A DNA stretch of 64,000 bases from NCBI GenBank assembly GCA_050949565.1, contig JBMNFY010000010.1, positions 1 through 64,000 of the forward strand. The letters run 5' to 3'. The translations under genes and the position numbers were made by a program. The stretch's first letter is position 1, and each line of letters starts with the position of its first letter. This DNA comes from Kiritimatiellia bacterium. Its GTDB lineage: Bacteria > Verrucomicrobiota > Kiritimatiellia > RFP12 > UBA1067. The notes below the pieces were generated by a model. It worked only from the letters and a program-made list of their open reading frames with translations, was not told the DNA's origin and did no database searches. Shown piece by piece: positions 62,107 through 64,000 of this stretch.

Positions 62107-64000
62107 ATGAAATTCGATTCGGGAATGGAACGCCAGTGGCTCATGAAGATGATATTGGTTACCGTCGCTGTGTGTGCGGCGTCTGTTGCGTTTGCTGTTT
62201 CGGATCATACGCTTACAGAGTTTCCGCGCCTTGCGGGCGAGACAGATGATGCGCCGCGCTTCCAGCGGGCGGTGGATGCCTGCTACGGTGGCGGCGTCCT
62301 CACCGTGCCGGGAGGTGACTACACCTTGGCGCAAACCGTTTTCGTGACGAACCTCTGCTCCATCGAGATGAGCGCGGGGGCTTATGTGAAGGCCGTCGCC
62401 AAGATGGATTGGATGATCAAGATCGATGCGATATGGCAGTTTAATCCACGAATCGCGCCGCAGGATGTGAATGCCGAGCGCTACAATTTGCGCTACATCG
62501 GCGGCACGCTCGATGCGGATGGCAAGGCCTCCTGTCTTGCGATTGACAACTACCGCCACTTCACACTGGAGAACGCGACATTCCTGAACGGTAAGCGGTA
62601 TGGCGTCGGCATCGAGACGACGGGACGCGGTTACGAGATGATCGCCCGCAACCTCTACTTTAAGACGCTGATCAGCGGTCTTGCGGGTAACGTCGGTCTT
62701 TACACCTACGGCGGCGACAGCCACTACACGGATATCGTCGTTGTCGACTACACGACGGGCGTCCATTTCGCGGGACGCGGCGCGAACGTCCTGACGCGCA
62801 TCCATGTGTGGGGCGGACCGATCAAGCCCGCGCGGGCAGGCGAACTTCCGGAGATGCTCAAGGAGTCCGTCTGCTTCCGCATCGACTCGTCGGGCGAAAC
62901 CCTGCGCGACTGCTATGCCGACACGGGCGAGATCGGATTTTGGGTGAATGGCTGGGAGGAGCGTCTCTTCGGGTGTCGTTACTTCAATAACACCGGCTTC
63001 AAACTGAAGAGGGTGACGATTCTCCGGCAGGATAGGGGGACGATCTGGTGCGACGGTTGCGTTTTTCAAAAAGACACGCCGGAGACGAAGCTCTATTCAG
63101 GCGCCCCCGACGCAAAGATCCGGTGGGGTGACAGCAATATCTATCGCCACTTCGGCGGTGATCCCTCCGCACCGCGCGGGAGTGAACCGACCGTGCAGCC
63201 GCTGGATGTGGATCTGGGGCGACAACTGTTCCTCGACGACCGGCTGCTCGTGACGAATTCGATGACGCGCACATGGTACCGTCCGCAGAAGTCACCCCTG
63301 AATCCCGTCCTCAAGCCCGAGACCGAGCTTGAGCGCGGCGGCAAGAAGCAGACGAACGCACTGGCATGTCCTTTTGTGGGCGGTGTTTGGTACGACGGGA
63401 CGGACAGGCTCTTCAAGTGCTATTACAATGCCGGCTGGGCACCGGGCATCGCTTACGCAATATCCAAAGACGGTCTATCGTGGGAGCGGCCGAAGCTCAA
63501 TCCGGATGGCGGAAACCTCGTCCTGCGCTGCGACGGCACACGTGACCAGTCAAGCGTGGTGATGGATCCGGTCGCAAACGACGGTTACCGTTTCAAAGCC
63601 TATCTCACAGTCTGCCGGAAAGACATCGGGGGCGAGGTGCGCCTTTCAAAGGACGGGGTGACATGGACTCCGCCTGTGCCGACTGCCGGCACGGGTGACG
63701 CGACCTCGATCTTCTACAATCCCTTCAAGCGCCAGTGGTGTTTCTCTTCACGCGGTTGGAACGAAGAAGAGGGACGCCTGCGTGACCTCGCATTTGACGC
63801 CGATTTCATCGCTGGGGCACGCGCACTACCGCGGAAGAGCCGTTGGCTTAAGGATGCCGTCGGCGGCGGCTGGAAAAAGAGCGGCTATGAACTCTACAAC
63901 ATGGACTGCATTGCATACGAGTCGGTGATGATCGGCCTCATGCAGGTGATGAAACAGCCGCAGAATGAACACTGGTCGAAACAGGGGTTGCCGAAGTCCA
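62107..64000 (+). CDS. Secreted pectin-lyase-fold domain fused to a GH32/43-like beta-propeller; runs off window (absent from ORF track)
   Basis: Manual translation: signal peptide, GETDDAPRFQRAVDA…LTVPGGDY; same frame at 63202 gives GRQLFLDD…NPVLKPE…VWYD…FKCYY…SKDGLSWERP. Confidence 0.8.
   Translation, partial: MKFDSGMERQWLMKMILVTVAVCAASVAFAVSDHTLTEFPRLAGETDDAPRFQRAVDACYGGGVLTVPGGDYTLAQTVFVTNLCSIEMSAGAYVKAVAKMDWMIKIDAIWQFNPRIAPQDVNAERYNLRYIGGTLDADGKASCLAIDNYRHFTLENATFLNGKRYGVGIETTGRGYEMIARNLYFKTLISGLAGNVGLYTYGGDSHYTDIVVVDYTTGVHFAGRGANVLTRIHVWGGPIKPARAGELPEMLKESVCFRIDSSGETLRDCYADTGEIGFWVNGWEERLFGCRYFNNTGFKLKRVTILRQDRGTIWCDGCVFQKDTPETKLYSGAPDAKIRWGDSNIYRHFGGDPSAPRGSEPTVQPLDVDLGRQLFLDDRLLVTNSMTRTWYRPQKSPLNPVLKPETELERGGKKQTNALACPFVGGVWYDGTDRLFKCYYNAGWAPGIAYAISKDGLSWERPKLNPDGGNLVLRCDGTRDQSSVVMDPVANDGYRFKAYLTVCRKDIGGEVRLSKDGVTWTPPVPTAGTGDATSIFYNPFKRQWCFSSRGWNEEEGRLRDLAFDADFIAGARALPRKSRWLKDAVGGGWKKSGYELYNMDCIAYESVMIGLMQVMKQPQNEHWSKQGLPKS

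Noticed and set aside
10077-63069. Long antisense or alternate-frame ORFs (e.g. 10077+, 16195-, 17750-, 27097-, 44748+, 46802-, 62095-)
   Set aside because: They overlap well-supported genes, have no motifs, and are typical shadow ORFs of high-GC DNA
1-64000. cas genes, tRNA/rRNA, integrases, transposases, prophage genes
   Set aside because: No recognisable motifs found; cas genes and leader probably lie left of the window

Overview
GC-rich bacterial window. Gene content (Tat-exported Gfo/Idh/MocA proteins, many secreted glycoside hydrolase-like proteins, LamG/CotH/lamin-tail surface proteins) suggests a PVC-superphylum glycan degrader, probably Kiritimatiellia/Verrucomicrobiota; this is inference only. 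Positions 2-4786 hold a large type I-E-like CRISPR array of 79 repeats by manual count. It is cut by the left window edge and no cas genes are visible. Its last four repeats are a distinct variant with mirror-image boundaries. Next come housekeeping genes (tlyA-nadK, a gltS pseudogene, accD-accA, GntP permease, oadB plus an oadG-like gene, dCMP deaminase) interleaved with secreted carbohydrate-active proteins, three of them frameshifted. Main candidates for follow-up: (1) a shared short C-terminal tail (G/S-T/L-four mostly hydrophobic residues-R-stop) on four ORFs, three of them with signal peptides; (2) a metalloprotease-tipped large protein followed by tandem-duplicated, patchily diversified, immunity-like genes (46.5-51.9 kb); (3) the repeat-register switch in the CRISPR array; (4) a probable Na+ riboswitch upstream of oadB; (5) a 374-bp tandem duplication whose copies look like two alleles. 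No database searches were run; all family calls come from recognising motifs by eye.
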